In this document: in pieces, positions 18,925-32,252 of the stretch
Position numbering within the stretch: the stretch's first letter is position 1
Layout of the letters: every line of letters begins with the position of its first letter
DNA from: Clostridiaceae bacterium
Lineage (GTDB): Bacteria > Bacillota > Clostridia > DUPQ01
Direction: 5' to 3'
Assembly: GCA_012729955.1 (NCBI GenBank)
Contig: JAAYBX010000025.1
Coordinates: 45,168 to 109,167, forward strand
Length of the DNA stretch: 64,000 nt
Program-made: the position numbers and the translations under genes
Notes under the pieces: generated by a model
The model's database searches: none
What the model was told of the DNA's origin: nothing
What the model saw: only the letters and a program-made list of their open reading frames with translations

Positions 18925-19231
18925 AGCTGCTGTAATAGGCCGTCATGATGACATACTGGCATATAAAGCTGTAGGGCTTGCGGTTTACAATATTGAAGAA
19001 TCAGAATTCAAGGATGTCGTAAAAACCCTTGAGAAACAACAGTATGCAGTAATTTTTGTAACTGAGGAAGTTTACGAGCAGAACAGTGAAGTTATTGATA
19101 AATATACTGACCAGGTTCTGCCTGCTTTTATAGCTATACCTGGGATGAAAGGTACTACAGGTATTGGCATGATGAACATAAGAAGATGCACGGAACGTGC
19201 TATCGGAACGGACATCAATATAAACGAATAG
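18917..19231 (+). CDS. ntpF: V/A-type ATPase subunit F
   Basis: 104 aa, MYKAAVIGRHDDILAYKAVG. Confidence 0.8.
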   Translation: MYKAAVIGRHDDILAYKAVGLAVYNIEESEFKDVVKTLEKQQYAVIFVTEEVYEQNSEVIDKYTDQVLPAFIAIPGMKGTTGIGMMNIRRCTERAIGTDININE

Positions 19232-19246
19232 AATGGAGAATCATAT

Positions 19247-21013
19247 ATGAATAAAGGAACCATCATTAAAGTATCAGGACCGCTTATAGTCGCAGGAGGA
19301 ATGAAACATGCGAATATGTTTGACGTTGTAAAAGTCAGCGAATACGGTCTTATTGGTGAAATCATTGAGATGAGGGATGATTTAGCCAGCATACAGGTAT
19401 ATGAGGAAACCTCTGGTTTAGGACCTGGCGAAACAGTTGAAACGACAAACATGCCTTTGAGCGTGGAACTAGCGCCTGGAATAATAGGCGGTATATTTGA
19501 CGGTATACAAAGACCTCTAGAAGATATGAGGAAAATTTCCGGCAATACAATTAAACGAGGAATTTCCGTATCCAGTATCGATAGAAACAAGAAATGGGAT
19601 TTTAAACCTGTTAAGAAGATTGGTGACAGTGTTCAACCTGGAGATATTATAGGAGTTGTCCAGGAAACAGTACTAATAGAACACAGGATAATGGTTCCTT
19701 ATGATGTCAGTGGAAAAATTGTTCATATAGAAGAAGGCAGTTACAATGTAACCGAAATTGTAGTAAAAATCCAAAATGAAAGAAATGAAATAAAAGAAAT
19801 TTGCATGCTTACAAAATGGCCGGTAAGAAGACAGCGTCCATTTAAAAGGAAGTTCGCGCCAGATGCTCCATTAGTAACAGGGCAGAGATCCATTGATACA
19901 TTTTTCCCTTTAACAAAAGGTGGTATTGCGGCAGTTCCAGGACCGTTTGGAAGCGGTAAAACTGTAGTTCAGCATCAGCTTGCTAAGTGGTCGGATGCTG
20001 ATATAGTCGTATACATAGGCTGTGGCGAGAGAGGTAATGAAATGACAGATGTTTTAATGGAATTCCCTCAGCTGATGGACCCTAGAAGCAATGAACCTCT
20101 GATGAAAAGGACAGTCCTTATCGCAAATACCTCAGACATGCCTGTTGCAGCAAGAGAAGCATCAATATATACCGGTATAACAATAGCTGAATATTACCGT
20201 GATATGGGTTATGATGTAGCAATCATGGCAGACTCTACATCAAGATGGGCAGAAGCATTAAGAGAGATGTCTGCAAGGCTTGAGGAAATGCCAGGTGAAG
20301 AAGGTTATCCTGCTTACTTAGGTTCCCGTCTAGCTCAGTTTTATGAAAGAGCAGGAAAAGTTATGACTTTTGGAAGCGAAGACCGGGCTGGTTCAATTAC
20401 TGCAATTGGTGCAGTATCCCCTCCTGGAGGAGACCTTTCCGAACCGGTTACTCAGGCTACGATGAGAATTGTTAAGGTATTCTGGAGCCTTGATTCATCT
20501 TTAGCTTATGCAAGGCATTTTCCAGCAATAAATTGGCTGACAAGCTATTCTTTGTATTCATCAAAACTTGATTCCTGGTCTGATAATAACATTGCAAAGG
20601 ACTATTCAAAACTTACTAAGGATGCAATGAGGCTTTTACAGGAAGAGGCAAACCTTCAGGAAATAGTAAGGCTTGTAGGAATTGATGCGCTTTCCAAATC
20701 GGAAAGACTTGTTTTAGAGGCTGCAAGATCGTTAAGAGAGGACTTCCTTTATCAGGATGCAATGCATCCTAATGATACTTACTGCAGTGTGAATAAAAGA
20801 TATAAGCTTTTAAAGGCAATTATGGACTTTTATTATAAATCTAAAGAACTGATAAAAAAGGAGATTGATTTGGATGAGTTATTCAAACTTCCTGTCCGTG
20901 AAAGAATATCACGTGCAAGGCTTGTTGAAGAAGCGCAGATTAACGATCATTTCCGTAAGATAGATGATGAATTGGAATCACAGCTCAAGCATCTTTTTGA
21001 AGTGGAGGCATAG
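19247..21013 (+). CDS. ntpA: V/A-type ATPase catalytic subunit A
   Basis: 588 aa. P-loop GPFGSGKT and V-ATPase A insert. Confidence 0.95.
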   Translation: MNKGTIIKVSGPLIVAGGMKHANMFDVVKVSEYGLIGEIIEMRDDLASIQVYEETSGLGPGETVETTNMPLSVELAPGIIGGIFDGIQRPLEDMRKISGNTIKRGISVSSIDRNKKWDFKPVKKIGDSVQPGDIIGVVQETVLIEHRIMVPYDVSGKIVHIEEGSYNVTEIVVKIQNERNEIKEICMLTKWPVRRQRPFKRKFAPDAPLVTGQRSIDTFFPLTKGGIAAVPGPFGSGKTVVQHQLAKWSDADIVVYIGCGERGNEMTDVLMEFPQLMDPRSNEPLMKRTVLIANTSDMPVAAREASIYTGITIAEYYRDMGYDVAIMADSTSRWAEALREMSARLEEMPGEEGYPAYLGSRLAQFYERAGKVMTFGSEDRAGSITAIGAVSPPGGDLSEPVTQATMRIVKVFWSLDSSLAYARHFPAINWLTSYSLYSSKLDSWSDNNIAKDYSKLTKDAMRLLQEEANLQEIVRLVGIDALSKSERLVLEAARSLREDFLYQDAMHPNDTYCSVNKRYKLLKAIMDFYYKSKELIKKEIDLDELFKLPVRERISRARLVEEAQINDHFRKIDDELESQLKHLFEVEA

Positions 21014-21015
21014 AC

Positions 21016-22413
21016 ATGATTAAAGAGTACAGGACTATTAATGAAGTATACGGTCCTTTGATGATAGTAAAGGATGTGGAAAATGTCAAATATAATGAAC
21101 TAGGTGAAATAGAGCTTTCCAATGGTGAAATAAGGAAGTGCAAAGTACTGGAAATAGATGGAAGCAATGCGGTAGTACAGCTCTTTGAAAGTTCCGCTGG
21201 TATAAATCTAGCTGACTCTAAGGTCAGATTTTTAGGAAAGAGCCTTGACCTGCCTGTATCAAAAGATATGCTTGGCAGAGTTTTTGACGGGATGGGAAAT
21301 CCTATGGATAACGGTCCTCAGATTATTCCAGATAAAAGAGTAGATGTAAATGGTGAACCGATGAATCCTGCAGCAAGAAATTATCCTTCAGAATTCATTC
21401 AGACAGGTATATCTTCTATAGATACTCTTAACACATTGGTAAGAGGGCAGAAATTGCCAATATTTTCCGGGTCAGGCTTACCTCATCCCGAGCTTGCTGC
21501 ACAGATTGCAAGACAGGCAAGGGTTTTGAATACAGACACTAATTTTGTCGTAGTTTTCGCAACAATGGGTATAACATTCGAGGAATCAGATTTCTTTATT
21601 CAGGACTTTAAAAAGACAGGTGCTATCGACAGAACAGTAATGTTCATCAATCTGGCGAATGATCCTCCGATTGAAAGGATTTCCACTCCGAGAATGGCTC
21701 TTACTGCTGCAGAGTATCTTGCATTTGAACAGGACATGCATGTTCTTGTCATATTAACTGATATTACATATTACGCAGATGCTTTAAGGGAAGTTTCAGC
21801 TGCAAAGAAGGAAGTTCCAGGAAGAAGAGGTTATCCTGGATATTTATATACAGACCTTGCGACTATGTATGAGAGGGCTGGAAGAAGAAAAGGGAATAAA
21901 GGCAGTATAACTTTAATACCGATATTATCTATGCCTGAGGATGACAAGACTCATCCTATTCCCGACCTTACAGGATACATAACTGAAGGTCAGATTATAT
22001 TATCCAGAGAGTTAAACAAAAAATCCATAATGCCTCCTATTGATGTCATGCCTTCACTTTCACGTTTAAAGGATAAAGGTATAGGGAAAGATAAGACAAG
22101 AGAAGATCATTCAGATGTAATGAATCAGCTTTTCGCAGCATATTCAAGAGGAAGGGAAGTCAGAGAGCTTGCAATCATTTTAGGAGAAGCCGCTTTGACT
22201 GAAACCGACAAACTGTATGCCAAATTTGCAGAAAGCTTTGAGAATATTTATATAAACCAGGGATTTTATGAAAACAGGACTATAGAAGAATCACTGGATT
22301 TAGGCTGGACACTGTTAGTGAAACTGCCAAGAAGTGAAATGAAAAGGGTTAGGGATGCTAATCTGAATAAATACTATGACAAATTCAAGGTACTAGACAA
22401 TGGCCAGGATTAA
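21016..22413 (+). CDS. ntpB: V/A-type ATPase subunit B
   Basis: 465 aa non-catalytic B subunit. Confidence 0.95.
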   Translation: MIKEYRTINEVYGPLMIVKDVENVKYNELGEIELSNGEIRKCKVLEIDGSNAVVQLFESSAGINLADSKVRFLGKSLDLPVSKDMLGRVFDGMGNPMDNGPQIIPDKRVDVNGEPMNPAARNYPSEFIQTGISSIDTLNTLVRGQKLPIFSGSGLPHPELAAQIARQARVLNTDTNFVVVFATMGITFEESDFFIQDFKKTGAIDRTVMFINLANDPPIERISTPRMALTAAEYLAFEQDMHVLVILTDITYYADALREVSAAKKEVPGRRGYPGYLYTDLATMYERAGRRKGNKGSITLIPILSMPEDDKTHPIPDLTGYITEGQIILSRELNKKSIMPPIDVMPSLSRLKDKGIGKDKTREDHSDVMNQLFAAYSRGREVRELAIILGEAALTETDKLYAKFAESFENIYINQGFYENRTIEESLDLGWTLLVKLPRSEMKRVRDANLNKYYDKFKVLDNGQD

Positions 22414-23062
22414 TGTAAATCCTACAAGGATGGAGCTTAACAGGCTCAAAAAAAGATTAATTACTGCAAGAAGAGGCCATAAGCTTCTAAAAGACAAAAG
22501 AGATGAACTTGTAAAACAGTTCATGAATATAGTGAAGGAAAATAAAAGACTCAGACAGATTTGCGAGCGGATGCTTGGTGAAGCACAGAATGATTTTATG
22601 CTGTCGAGGGCTTCCATTTCAGATCAGATTATTGAAGAAAGCCTTATGTATCCTAAGAATAGGATCCGGTTGGATGTACAGACAAGGAATATAATGGGGG
22701 TCAGAGTTCCTGTTATAACCAATATTGATGATACCGAAAGGGATCCAAATATATATCCTTATGGCATATTAAGCACAGCTGCCGAATTAGACAGTGCTCT
22801 ATACAATATTACTGAGGTTCTTCCGTACCTTATAAGGCTTGCGGAGAAGGAGAAAACTGTTCAGCTTATGGCATCAGAAATTGAGAGAACCAGACGGAGA
22901 GTAAATGCGCTGGAATATGTCATGATTCCACAGTTTGAGGAGACGATAAAATATATCACAATGAAGCTTGATGAAAATGAACGTGGGAATACATCAAGGC
23001 TTATGAAGGTTAAGGATATGATGATAAAGGAGGTCAGAAACAAAAAAGATGCTCAAAATTGA
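22400..23062 (+). CDS. ntpD: V/A-type ATPase subunit D
   Basis: 220 aa, [20 protein letters not shown]. Confidence 0.9.
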   Translation: MARINVNPTRMELNRLKKRLITARRGHKLLKDKRDELVKQFMNIVKENKRLRQICERMLGEAQNDFMLSRASISDQIIEESLMYPKNRIRLDVQTRNIMGVRVPVITNIDDTERDPNIYPYGILSTAAELDSALYNITEVLPYLIRLAEKEKTVQLMASEIERTRRRVNALEYVMIPQFEETIKYITMKLDENERGNTSRLMKVKDMMIKEVRNKKDAQN

Positions 23063-23762
23063 AAATCTGACAAAAACTTATGCCAATAAGGTTAAAGCAG
23101 TTGATGATATCTCTTTTGAGATAGAAGCAGGAGATATATTCGGTTTTATCGGCCATAACGGAGCTGGCAAAACTACAACATTGAAATGTGTTGCAGGAAT
23201 ACTTGAATTCGAAACCGGACAGATTTATATTAATGGGAAAAATATTAAAGATGATCCTGTTGGGTGTAAGTCTGATATCGCTTATATTCCTGATAATCCT
23301 GATGTGTATGAATCTCTGACTGGTATACAGTATATAAATTTTGTTGCAGACATTTTTAAAGTAACAAAGCACGACCGTGAGAGGTTAACTGAGTATTATG
23401 CCAGACAGCTGACGTTCACAGATGCTTTAGGTGACATTATATCTTCTTATTCACATGGTATGAAACAGAAGCTTGTAATAATATCAGCACTAATACACAA
23501 TCCTAAACTCTTAATACTTGACGAACCTTTCACAGGTTTAGACCCTCAGGCTTCCTTTACTGTTAAAGAGATCATGAAAGATATATGCAATAAAGGCGGA
23601 GCAGTTTTCTTTTCTACTCATGTTCTGGATGTCGCTGAAAAAATATGTAATAAAGTTGCTATCATTAAGAAAGGCAAATTAGTAGCGCTTGGAGATATTC
23701 ACAATGTCATGGGGGATAAATCTTTAGAAGGGACTTTTATGGAGCTTGCTAAAAATGAGTAA
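23049..23762 (+). CDS. ABC transporter ATP-binding protein
   Basis: Walker A GHNGAGKTT, signature YSHGMKQKL, Walker B LLILDEP. Confidence 0.9.
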   Translation: MLKIENLTKTYANKVKAVDDISFEIEAGDIFGFIGHNGAGKTTTLKCVAGILEFETGQIYINGKNIKDDPVGCKSDIAYIPDNPDVYESLTGIQYINFVADIFKVTKHDRERLTEYYARQLTFTDALGDIISSYSHGMKQKLVIISALIHNPKLLILDEPFTGLDPQASFTVKEIMKDICNKGGAVFFSTHVLDVAEKICNKVAIIKKGKLVALGDIHNVMGDKSLEGTFMELAKNE

Positions 23763-25362
23763 CTTATTTACGCTTCTTAAAGCTGATCTGATAAATACAT
23801 ATAAGCTTAATGGTTTCAAGGATACAGCAAACAGAAAAAAAGCAATTGGTATGTCGTTAATCGCGCTTTTAGTTATTGCTATGTCCTTTCTGTATATAGG
23901 AGGAGCAGCTTTTCTAGTTTCTGATGTGTTAAAAAGTATGCAGCTTTTGAATATCCTGCTTGTGTTTGCTTTTGCTTTACCTTTTTTCGCTTTATTCATG
24001 ATGGATATTTACAAAATGCCGTCTGTTCTTTTTTCTTTTAGAGATTATGATATGCTTATGTCTCTACCTGTAAAAGATAATATCATACTTGCCGCTAAAG
24101 TAATCAAGCTCATGCTTAGCGGTTATATGTGGCAGTTCTTAACAGGGTTTCCGATTTTTCTGGTCTACTGCATTAAATCAGATAGTTTGAGTGTCTTTTC
24201 CATTATTATATACATTGTATTATTTATTGTTATGCCTCTTTTGCCTATGAGTATAGGTTCTGCAATAGGTTTTGTTGTAGCAAAAGTATCATCAAAGATG
24301 AAAAGCAAAAACATAATAATGATTATAGGTTCTTTTGCTTTGCTCATCCTTATAATGGGAGTTTCCTTTTCTATACAGAATATCGTGAATGAGCAGGCTA
24401 TTACGGATATGGTTAGTTCAATTTCAAATATAGAATCATCATTTTTCCTGTTCAGTTTATATGTTGATGCAGTTTATGATTTGAATTTAATATCACTGCT
24501 TCTTTTAATTCTCATATTCGTAAGTCCCTTTCTTTTATTTGTTTATCTGTTCGGGAAATCCTTTAAAAAAATAAACTCCTCCATGATGGAGACAAGAGCA
24601 TCTCACTCCACAAAGAATGTCAAATACCAGACTTATTCACCTGTAGCAGCAATATTCAAAAAAGAACTGAATTTCTATATCCATTGCGTGATATATATAG
24701 TAAACACTTTTTTTGGAATGGTGTTGCTTCTTGCTGCAAGTATAGCAGTACTGGTTGCTGATTTTGATATAGAATCCTTTTTATCAGAATTAGGGCAGGT
24801 TGGAGGAAATCCAGGAGATATGAAGCTTATGGCTGCAGCTATGATTTTCGGTTATTGTATTATGCTGAGCACTCCAACTGCGGCCTCGATTTCTCTGGAA
24901 GGGAAGAATCTTTGGATATTAAAATCTATGCCTGTTCATCCCAAAATGATTTTTAAAGGTAAAATAGCTTTAGGGCTTATTGTCACCCTGCCCATTGGAA
25001 TAATATGCTCAGTTGTTATCTATATAGGTCTAGGATTATCATTTATGCAGTGGCTTACTCTTTTGGGATATACGATATCTGCAGGGTTCTTTTCATCAAT
25101 CCTCGGTTTATTTATAAATCTTCTGCTTCCAAAACTTGAATTCAAGTCTCCAACGGAGGTTGTTAAGCAGTCTGCATCTGTTGGGGTAGCTGTTTTCGCA
25201 GGAATGTTTCTGGTATTAATACCAATGATTTTAGGTGGCTCGCTTATAGTATCCAACTCCTCTTTGTATGTGCTTATAGTTACCTTAACATATGCGCTTA
25301 TCAGCTTTGTGCTATGGCAGTACCTTATTACAAAAGGAGTTAAAAGGTTTGCTAAACTTTAG
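23746..25362 (+). CDS. Putative ABC exporter permease (large polytopic membrane protein)
   Basis: 538 aa with about 12 predicted TM helices. Translationally overlaps the ATPase gene. Confidence 0.65.
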   Translation: MLKMSNLFTLLKADLINTYKLNGFKDTANRKKAIGMSLIALLVIAMSFLYIGGAAFLVSDVLKSMQLLNILLVFAFALPFFALFMMDIYKMPSVLFSFRDYDMLMSLPVKDNIILAAKVIKLMLSGYMWQFLTGFPIFLVYCIKSDSLSVFSIIIYIVLFIVMPLLPMSIGSAIGFVVAKVSSKMKSKNIIMIIGSFALLILIMGVSFSIQNIVNEQAITDMVSSISNIESSFFLFSLYVDAVYDLNLISLLLLILIFVSPFLLFVYLFGKSFKKINSSMMETRASHSTKNVKYQTYSPVAAIFKKELNFYIHCVIYIVNTFFGMVLLLAASIAVLVADFDIESFLSELGQVGGNPGDMKLMAAAMIFGYCIMLSTPTAASISLEGKNLWILKSMPVHPKMIFKGKIALGLIVTLPIGIICSVVIYIGLGLSFMQWLTLLGYTISAGFFSSILGLFINLLLPKLEFKSPTEVVKQSASVGVAVFAGMFLVLIPMILGGSLIVSNSSLYVLIVTLTYALISFVLWQYLITKGVKRFAKL

Positions 25363-25379
25363 GTTCCGTATATTTTTAC

Positions 25380-25407
25380 TTGTATTTGGTTATATTTTAA
25401 ATATAAT
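25380..25407 (+). promoter_or_regulatory. Candidate promoter upstream of the SpoIID/LytB-domain gene
   Basis: TTGTAT - 16 nt - TATAAT. Confidence 0.35.
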
Positions 25408-25440
25408 TAAGGTAAATACTAATGATATGGTCGATTTATA

Positions 25441-27051
25441 TTGAAAGGATATCTCATGAACAGAAAAAAAAGGCAAAGAATCTCAATTGTACTGGCAATA
25501 ATAAGCCTCATATGTTTTTCCTGTGTTAATGTAGCTAATGCTGTGATATATGCTCCTTTGTATCTTCAGGTCGGATTGTATTTCGGTGACACTGCAAAAA
25601 GCGCTTATACGATATCCAGTCCATTCGGATTAAATATGACTATTAATATTAATAATCAGGAAATTGATTTTGCTTCAACTCAGAATACGCTTGTCGTAGC
25701 TAAAGACACAGGTGAATATTCATATCATATAATTCGTGATGATAATTACACTTCCTATACAGAAGCCCTTGATGTATCCAATAGCATGTCATTAGCAGGT
25801 GCGACTTCATTTCCTGTGTATGCAGCATCGGGTTTCTGGCAGGTCTGGCTAGGAAGTTATGCTTCTTCTGATTCAGCAATGAATGCTATAGCATCTGTTG
25901 CAGCGAAATATCCTGGCAGTTATTCCACAATAGCTTATCCTTCCAGTTCCAGAATTCTTGTAAGGGATAAAGCCTCCAGCAGGATACTATTTGCTTGTGA
26001 CAATCCTTCAGCGCCTGTTATTGCTAAAACAATTACGACCAGCAACAGCTCATACATGTATATTGAAGGGAAGCCTTACAGGGGGAATCTGGAATTTACT
26101 ATATTTAAATCAAATGAGTTAAGCGTATTAAACAATCTGATTCTTGAATACTATGTATACGGAGTAGTCGCATTGGAAATTGGAAGTAACTCGCCAATGG
26201 AATCCTTAAAAGCACAAGCAGTGGTCGCAAGGACTTATGCTTTGTGCCAGAATAAGCATCAGGAATATGGTTTTGATGTGTGCGCCACAACATGTTGTCA
26301 GGTTTATGGAGGATATAATGCTGAGAACTATCGCACAAATCAGGCTACAAATGAGACTTACGGACAGGTAGTGACATATTCAGGTCAGGTAGTCACACCT
26401 TACTATTTCAGTTCCTCTGGAGGGTATACGGAAAATTCAGAGAACGTGTGGGTAACATCAGTTCCTTATTTGAAAGCAGTAGTGGATGCATATGACATAA
26501 ACAGGATATGGAGTTATTCATATACTACTGCTCAGATGACAGACTATATGTATAAACTAGGGCACAGGATAGGTAATGTCATAAAAGTTACGATCGATTC
26601 CAGTTCACATACAGGAAGAGTCCTTTCAATGACAGTTAACGGCTCAACAGGTTCTGTAACATTTCTTAAGTCTAATGTCCGTAATGCTTTCCCTGATTTT
26701 CTTCCAAGCCAGATGTTTGTTCTTGGTGGTCAGTCAACAGTCAAGATAGCTAATGCTTCAGGTGCTGCAACAACACAGGCACTAGATTATGCAAGTATCC
26801 GCGGGATATACAATACATCGCTTATTACATCAAAAAGCATCGGTGTGAAAACAAACTCTGGTATAGTTACTGTTTCATTGGTTACAGATGACAGCAATGA
26901 TAAAATCACAGTTTCAGGAAGAGGGTCCGGTCATGGTGTGGGAATGGCGCAGTGGGGAGCAATAAATATGGCTGATGCAGGTTATACGTACGACCAGATT
27001 ATTAGATATTTCTACACAGGTGTCAAACTTGAATCAGTGACTTTGAGGTAG
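25441..27051 (+). CDS. SpoIID/LytB-domain protein (secreted, long form)
   Basis: Signal peptide. SpoIID/LytB domain region ([33 protein letters not shown] ... [11 protein letters not shown]). 536 aa versus about 340 aa for canonical SpoIID. Confidence 0.75.
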   Translation: MKGYLMNRKKRQRISIVLAIISLICFSCVNVANAVIYAPLYLQVGLYFGDTAKSAYTISSPFGLNMTININNQEIDFASTQNTLVVAKDTGEYSYHIIRDDNYTSYTEALDVSNSMSLAGATSFPVYAASGFWQVWLGSYASSDSAMNAIASVAAKYPGSYSTIAYPSSSRILVRDKASSRILFACDNPSAPVIAKTITTSNSSYMYIEGKPYRGNLEFTIFKSNELSVLNNLILEYYVYGVVALEIGSNSPMESLKAQAVVARTYALCQNKHQEYGFDVCATTCCQVYGGYNAENYRTNQATNETYGQVVTYSGQVVTPYYFSSSGGYTENSENVWVTSVPYLKAVVDAYDINRIWSYSYTTAQMTDYMYKLGHRIGNVIKVTIDSSSHTGRVLSMTVNGSTGSVTFLKSNVRNAFPDFLPSQMFVLGGQSTVKIANASGAATTQALDYASIRGIYNTSLITSKSIGVKTNSGIVTVSLVTDDSNDKITVSGRGSGHGVGMAQWGAINMADAGYTYDQIIRYFYTGVKLESVTLR

Positions 27052-27052
27052 C

Positions 27053-28081
27053 ATGAGAAAAAGCGAATTTTATTATGAACTGCCTCAGGAACTTATCGCA
27101 CAACATCCTTTGGGAAAAAGGGATTCATCCAGATTACTGGTTTTAGATAAGAATAATGGTGAAATAAGGCATACACTTTTTTCAAACATTACTGGTCTTT
27201 TTAATAAAGGAGACTGTCTTGTCCTAAATGAAACTAAAGTCATCCCTGCACGCCTGTTAGGTCATGTGGAGAATTCTACAGGGAAAATGGAACTTCTCCT
27301 TCTTAAAAGAATTAATGACACTGACTGGGAGGTGCTGACACGTCCAGGGAAGAAAGCTCTGCCTGGCAAACGTTTTGTTTTCGGGAATGGCATCCTTAAA
27401 GCACAGGTTCTGAATGTTGTGGATTTTGGAAACAGGATAGTCCGTTTTGAATATGATGGAATATTTGAAGAAATTTTGGATAAGGCAGGTCTTGTACCGC
27501 TTCCGCCATATATTACAGAAAAACTTGATGACAACAGCCGTTATCAGACAGTATATGCAAAGAGCAGCGGATCATCCGCAGCACCGACAGCAGGACTGCA
27601 TTTTACTGATGATTTGTTGAAAGAACTGGAAAGAAAAGGAGTAGAAATTGTAAAGGTAACTCTTCATGTGGGTATTGGGACATTCCGACCTGTGAAGACG
27701 GATAATATAGAAGACCATATAATGCATACAGAGCATTATGAAATAAGCAGAGAAGCTGCAGATTTAATAAATAAAGCAAAACATGAAGGCCGGAAAGTGA
27801 TAGCCTGTGGTACTACAAGCCTAAGGGTACTTGAAGGCGCTTCAGATGATAAAGGTATTTTACATGAGAAAAAAGGGGAAACGGACATCTTTATTTATCC
27901 TGGATATAAGTTTAAAGTTGCAGACCGGCTTATAACCAACTTCCATCTTCCGGAATCCACCCTCATAATGCTTGTAAGCGCTTTAGCAGGGAAAGACAAT
28001 GTTTTTAGAGCTTATACAGAAGCGATAAAAATGAGATACAGATTCTTTTCATTTGGAGACGCTATGTTTATAATAGACTGA
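27053..28081 (+). CDS. queA: S-adenosylmethionine:tRNA ribosyltransferase-isomerase
   Basis: 342 aa. [19 protein letters not shown] start. Confidence 0.92.
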   Translation: MRKSEFYYELPQELIAQHPLGKRDSSRLLVLDKNNGEIRHTLFSNITGLFNKGDCLVLNETKVIPARLLGHVENSTGKMELLLLKRINDTDWEVLTRPGKKALPGKRFVFGNGILKAQVLNVVDFGNRIVRFEYDGIFEEILDKAGLVPLPPYITEKLDDNSRYQTVYAKSSGSSAAPTAGLHFTDDLLKELERKGVEIVKVTLHVGIGTFRPVKTDNIEDHIMHTEHYEISREAADLINKAKHEGRKVIACGTTSLRVLEGASDDKGILHEKKGETDIFIYPGYKFKVADRLITNFHLPESTLIMLVSALAGKDNVFRAYTEAIKMRYRFFSFGDAMFIID

Positions 28082-28103
28082 CAGAAATATAGAGGAATAA
28101 TGA

Positions 28104-29231
<1,128 letters not shown>

Positions 29232-29249
29232 AATCGGAGGATAATATAA

Positions 29250-29600
29250 ATGTTTAACTTAATACTGGCTGAAACCGCAACTGAAACAGGTGGTACAAAC
29301 TGGACATCATTAATACTTATAGTAGTTGTATTTGTAGTAATGTATGCCGTAATTCTTATTCCGCAAAGGAAAAAAGACAAGAAACTGAAACAAATGCTTT
29401 CAGAACTCAAAAGCGGTGACATAATATGCACAATAGGCGGTTTAGTAGGTAAAATCGTTAATGTCAAAGATGATGATATCACAATTGAGACATCAATAGA
29501 GAGAACAAAAATAACCATGAAGAAATGGGCTGTAAGAAATGTTGAAACTGTTGAGGAATCATCAGAAGCAGAACCTACTGGCGAGATTGAAAGTAAATAA
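29250..29600 (+). CDS. yajC: Preprotein translocase subunit YajC
   Basis: 116 aa. Single TM plus LKSGDIICTIGGLVGKI. Confidence 0.85.
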   Translation: MFNLILAETATETGGTNWTSLILIVVVFVVMYAVILIPQRKKDKKLKQMLSELKSGDIICTIGGLVGKIVNVKDDDITIETSIERTKITMKKWAVRNVETVEESSEAEPTGEIESK

Positions 29601-29619
29601 ATATTTTTGATTTAGAATA

Positions 29620-29649
29620 AGACTGGTTTCATACCAGTCTTTTTTTTTA
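29620..29649 (+). terminator. Rho-independent terminator after yajC
   Basis: AGACTGGT-TTCA-TACCAGTCT hairpin followed by T9. Confidence 0.75.
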
Positions 29650-29674
29650 CTCTCAAATATATTATGATTCATAT

Positions 29675-30442
29675 ATGAAGAATTCATGTTTGGAAAAGGA
29701 AACGAAAGAACGGTTATACCTTTTAGATGAAATAAGAGGATTCCTTATTATAGGAGTTGTTCTGTCGCACACACTGTTTGATATGTACAATTTTTTCGGA
29801 TTCGATATGCCCTGGGTAGAGTCTGGTATTGCAAATACAATTTCCGATATAGGAGCGATATTGTTCATTATGATATCTGGATTGGTCTCCAGATTTTCAA
29901 AGGATAACATATCAAGAGGATTGAAGCTTTTGTGCGTTGCTTCCGCTTTGACTCTTGTAACGGATCTGATTGTTCCTGATTATGTTATATATGCGGGAAT
30001 ACTCCATCATCTTGCATTTGCAATAGTCATTCTTGAACTTTTAAAACCTGTTTTGGTAAAAATACCGCCAGTTGCTGGTATTGTCTTTAATCTGGTAATT
30101 GCAATACTTACTTTCAATCTGTATGAAAGAAAGATAAGTTTGTTCGGGGCAACATTGCTTGAAATACCAAAAAGCATCATGAATGGCGGATTATCATATC
30201 TTCTTGGGCTTAAAATTGACAACATAACTATTTCTTCGGATTATTATCCTCTTCTTCCATGGATTACATTCTTCTTCATAGGATTCTTTCTTACAAGCTA
30301 TGTTTCAAATGAACCTGTAAAGTCTTTCTTGTCGAAGAAAAGATGTAATTTTCTTGCTAAGGCAGGAAGGCATTCACTACTCATATATCTAGTCCATCAG
30401 CCGATAGTTTATGGGATTCTTTATCTTATAACTATGAAGTAG
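29675..30442 (+). CDS. DUF1624-type membrane protein (heparan-alpha-glucosaminide N-acetyltransferase-like fold)
   Basis: 255 aa polytopic membrane protein. LDEIRGFLIIGVVLSH N-terminal motif. Confidence 0.5.
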   Translation: MKNSCLEKETKERLYLLDEIRGFLIIGVVLSHTLFDMYNFFGFDMPWVESGIANTISDIGAILFIMISGLVSRFSKDNISRGLKLLCVASALTLVTDLIVPDYVIYAGILHHLAFAIVILELLKPVLVKIPPVAGIVFNLVIAILTFNLYERKISLFGATLLEIPKSIMNGGLSYLLGLKIDNITISSDYYPLLPWITFFFIGFFLTSYVSNEPVKSFLSKKRCNFLAKAGRHSLLIYLVHQPIVYGILYLITMK

Positions 30443-30462
30443 GTATTAATCGAAAACGAATA

Positions 30463-31707
30463 TTACTCCGTAATGAACAGAAAAGTAGTAAAAAGACTTA
30501 TGTATTCGTAACCTTGTGAGTTCTTAATATACACATCAGTAACCGTGACTTTATTTGCATTAATATATGAATTATCAGCATAATAACCTGTGACATCATG
30601 AAGGATATATGCATTATTTCGTATTATACCAAGGAAAAGCATTACATGGCCGTCCATGAATATTAATGATCCTGCATGTTGAGTAAGCAATAGAGTTTCT
30701 TTTTCAAGTTTATTCATGCTTTTAATATCTTTGCGCAATGGGCTCATAAATTCCTGCTGGCTGGTATTTCTTTTGAGTTTTATTCCCATGGATCTGAATA
30801 TATCCATCATGAGCCCTGAGCAGTCCCTGTTTCCGTTCATGCCTCCCCAGCCATATGGCTCGTCAATGAATTTTGCTGCTTGAGAAAGTATGTTCCTTTC
30901 ACTATATGCAAGATATCCGATATTGGCATCATTTTTATCTATATGTGCAAATGTAAAATAAAGGCTGTTATCTGAACCCTTCTTAGGGCATAGCACAGTA
31001 TAGTAATTATCATGTTCCTTAACTAATGGGAAATTGCATCCCATATCCAATTCAGTATCCAGGTATCGTATGAATGCTTTTGGTTCTGTAATAACTATGA
31101 AATTCTTATTTGTTTCATATAATTTTAAAACTTCAAATGATGTAACCGCAACATCTTCCATTTGGACCCACCCTTCATAGTTATACATTTTTATGAAAAA
31201 CCATTGTTTATCATTGCTTTGATGCAGTATTGCTACTGGTTCAAAAGGATACAGGGTGGATTCCAGGAATCTGTCATGTACAGAAGAGGGGCTTGAGAAT
31301 GCTTCATCGTGACTTGGAAAGGACTTCAGAGGTGTTCTTTTTATTATAAATCCATATCTGATATTGTTCGTGTCAGTAATGAAATCATAGTTTATATTAT
31401 CTATAAGATTTCTGTAATAGCTATAATCTGTTTCTATATATGAACCATCGGAATTTTTCAAGTATCTTTTTGCAGAAGGGATAATGCTTATACTTTTTAT
31501 TCTTGTTATCAAATCATCTGCCAACAGAGGATAAGAAATGAATATGCTTTCGTTCTGGCTGTTCCATTCGCTGATAGCATAAGGGTCCATAATAATTTCT
31601 TCTGAACAGGCTGAAACAGCTTCTCTCATGATATCTTCTTCACAGTTTACCATAAACGGTGTTAAAAGCAGAATTATTGATAATATTGCAGCAAAAAGGT
31701 TTTTCAT
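30463..31707 (-). CDS. Secreted NlpC/P60 (C40) family peptidase
   Basis: C-terminal C40 core (DCSGLMMDIFRSMGI, H later). Start placed at MKNLFAAILSIILLL (signal peptide), not the longer ORF-track start at 31818, which would run over the rplI promoter/RBS. Confidence 0.7.
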   Translation of the reverse strand: MKNLFAAILSIILLLTPFMVNCEEDIMREAVSACSEEIIMDPYAISEWNSQNESIFISYPLLADDLITRIKSISIIPSAKRYLKNSDGSYIETDYSYYRNLIDNINYDFITDTNNIRYGFIIKRTPLKSFPSHDEAFSSPSSVHDRFLESTLYPFEPVAILHQSNDKQWFFIKMYNYEGWVQMEDVAVTSFEVLKLYETNKNFIVITEPKAFIRYLDTELDMGCNFPLVKEHDNYYTVLCPKKGSDNSLYFTFAHIDKNDANIGYLAYSERNILSQAAKFIDEPYGWGGMNGNRDCSGLMMDIFRSMGIKLKRNTSQQEFMSPLRKDIKSMNKLEKETLLLTQHAGSLIFMDGHVMLFLGIIRNNAYILHDVTGYYADNSYINANKVTVTDVYIKNSQGYEYISLFTTFLFITE

Positions 31708-31801
31708 GTTATGATTATACCATCGCAAATAAATGTTTTTAAAAAAACGTGTTATTGTGAAGTATAATAACTTTAGATGATTAACCGATTCGGAGGGGAA
31801 T

Positions 31802-32251
31802 ATGAAAGTCATACTCACACAGGATGTAAAAAGTTTAGGTAAGAGGAATCAGCTTGTTGATGTAAGCGATGGATATGCTAAGAATTTTCTTTTTAAGAAA
31901 AATCTTGCTATAGAAGCAGATGCCAAAAACCTTAATATTATGAAAGACAGGATGCAGTCAGATAATTCTAAAAAAGACAGAGAGTTTATTGAAGCAAATA
32001 TCCTGAAGTCAAAATTAGAAGGAAAACAAGTGAAAATGGAAGTGAGAGCAGGTGAAAATGGAAAACTATTCGGCTCCATCACAACTAAAGACATTGCTGA
32101 TGCGATAGCAAGCCAGTATAAAGCAGAAATTGACAAAAGGAAGATACAGCTTGATGAACCTGTAAAAAGCATTGGGAAGTCAGCAGTGGTTATAAAGATA
32201 CATGCTGACGTGAGTATAAATATTGAATTACTGATTACGGAGAAAGCATAA
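31802..32251 (+). CDS. rplI: 50S ribosomal protein L9
   Basis: MKVILTQDVKSLGKRNQLVDVSDGYAKNFLF. GGAGGGG RBS upstream. Confidence 0.95.
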   Translation: MKVILTQDVKSLGKRNQLVDVSDGYAKNFLFKKNLAIEADAKNLNIMKDRMQSDNSKKDREFIEANILKSKLEGKQVKMEVRAGENGKLFGSITTKDIADAIASQYKAEIDKRKIQLDEPVKSIGKSAVVIKIHADVSINIELLITEKA

Positions 32252-32252
32252 G

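Noticed and set aside
19072-19590. 172-aa minus-strand ORF overlapping ntpF/ntpA
   Set aside because: Antisense to the highly conserved catalytic A subunit.
31708-31818. Longer start (31818) for the NlpC/P60 gene
   Set aside because: Would overlap the rplI RBS and start on the opposite strand. The internal Met gives a clean signal peptide.
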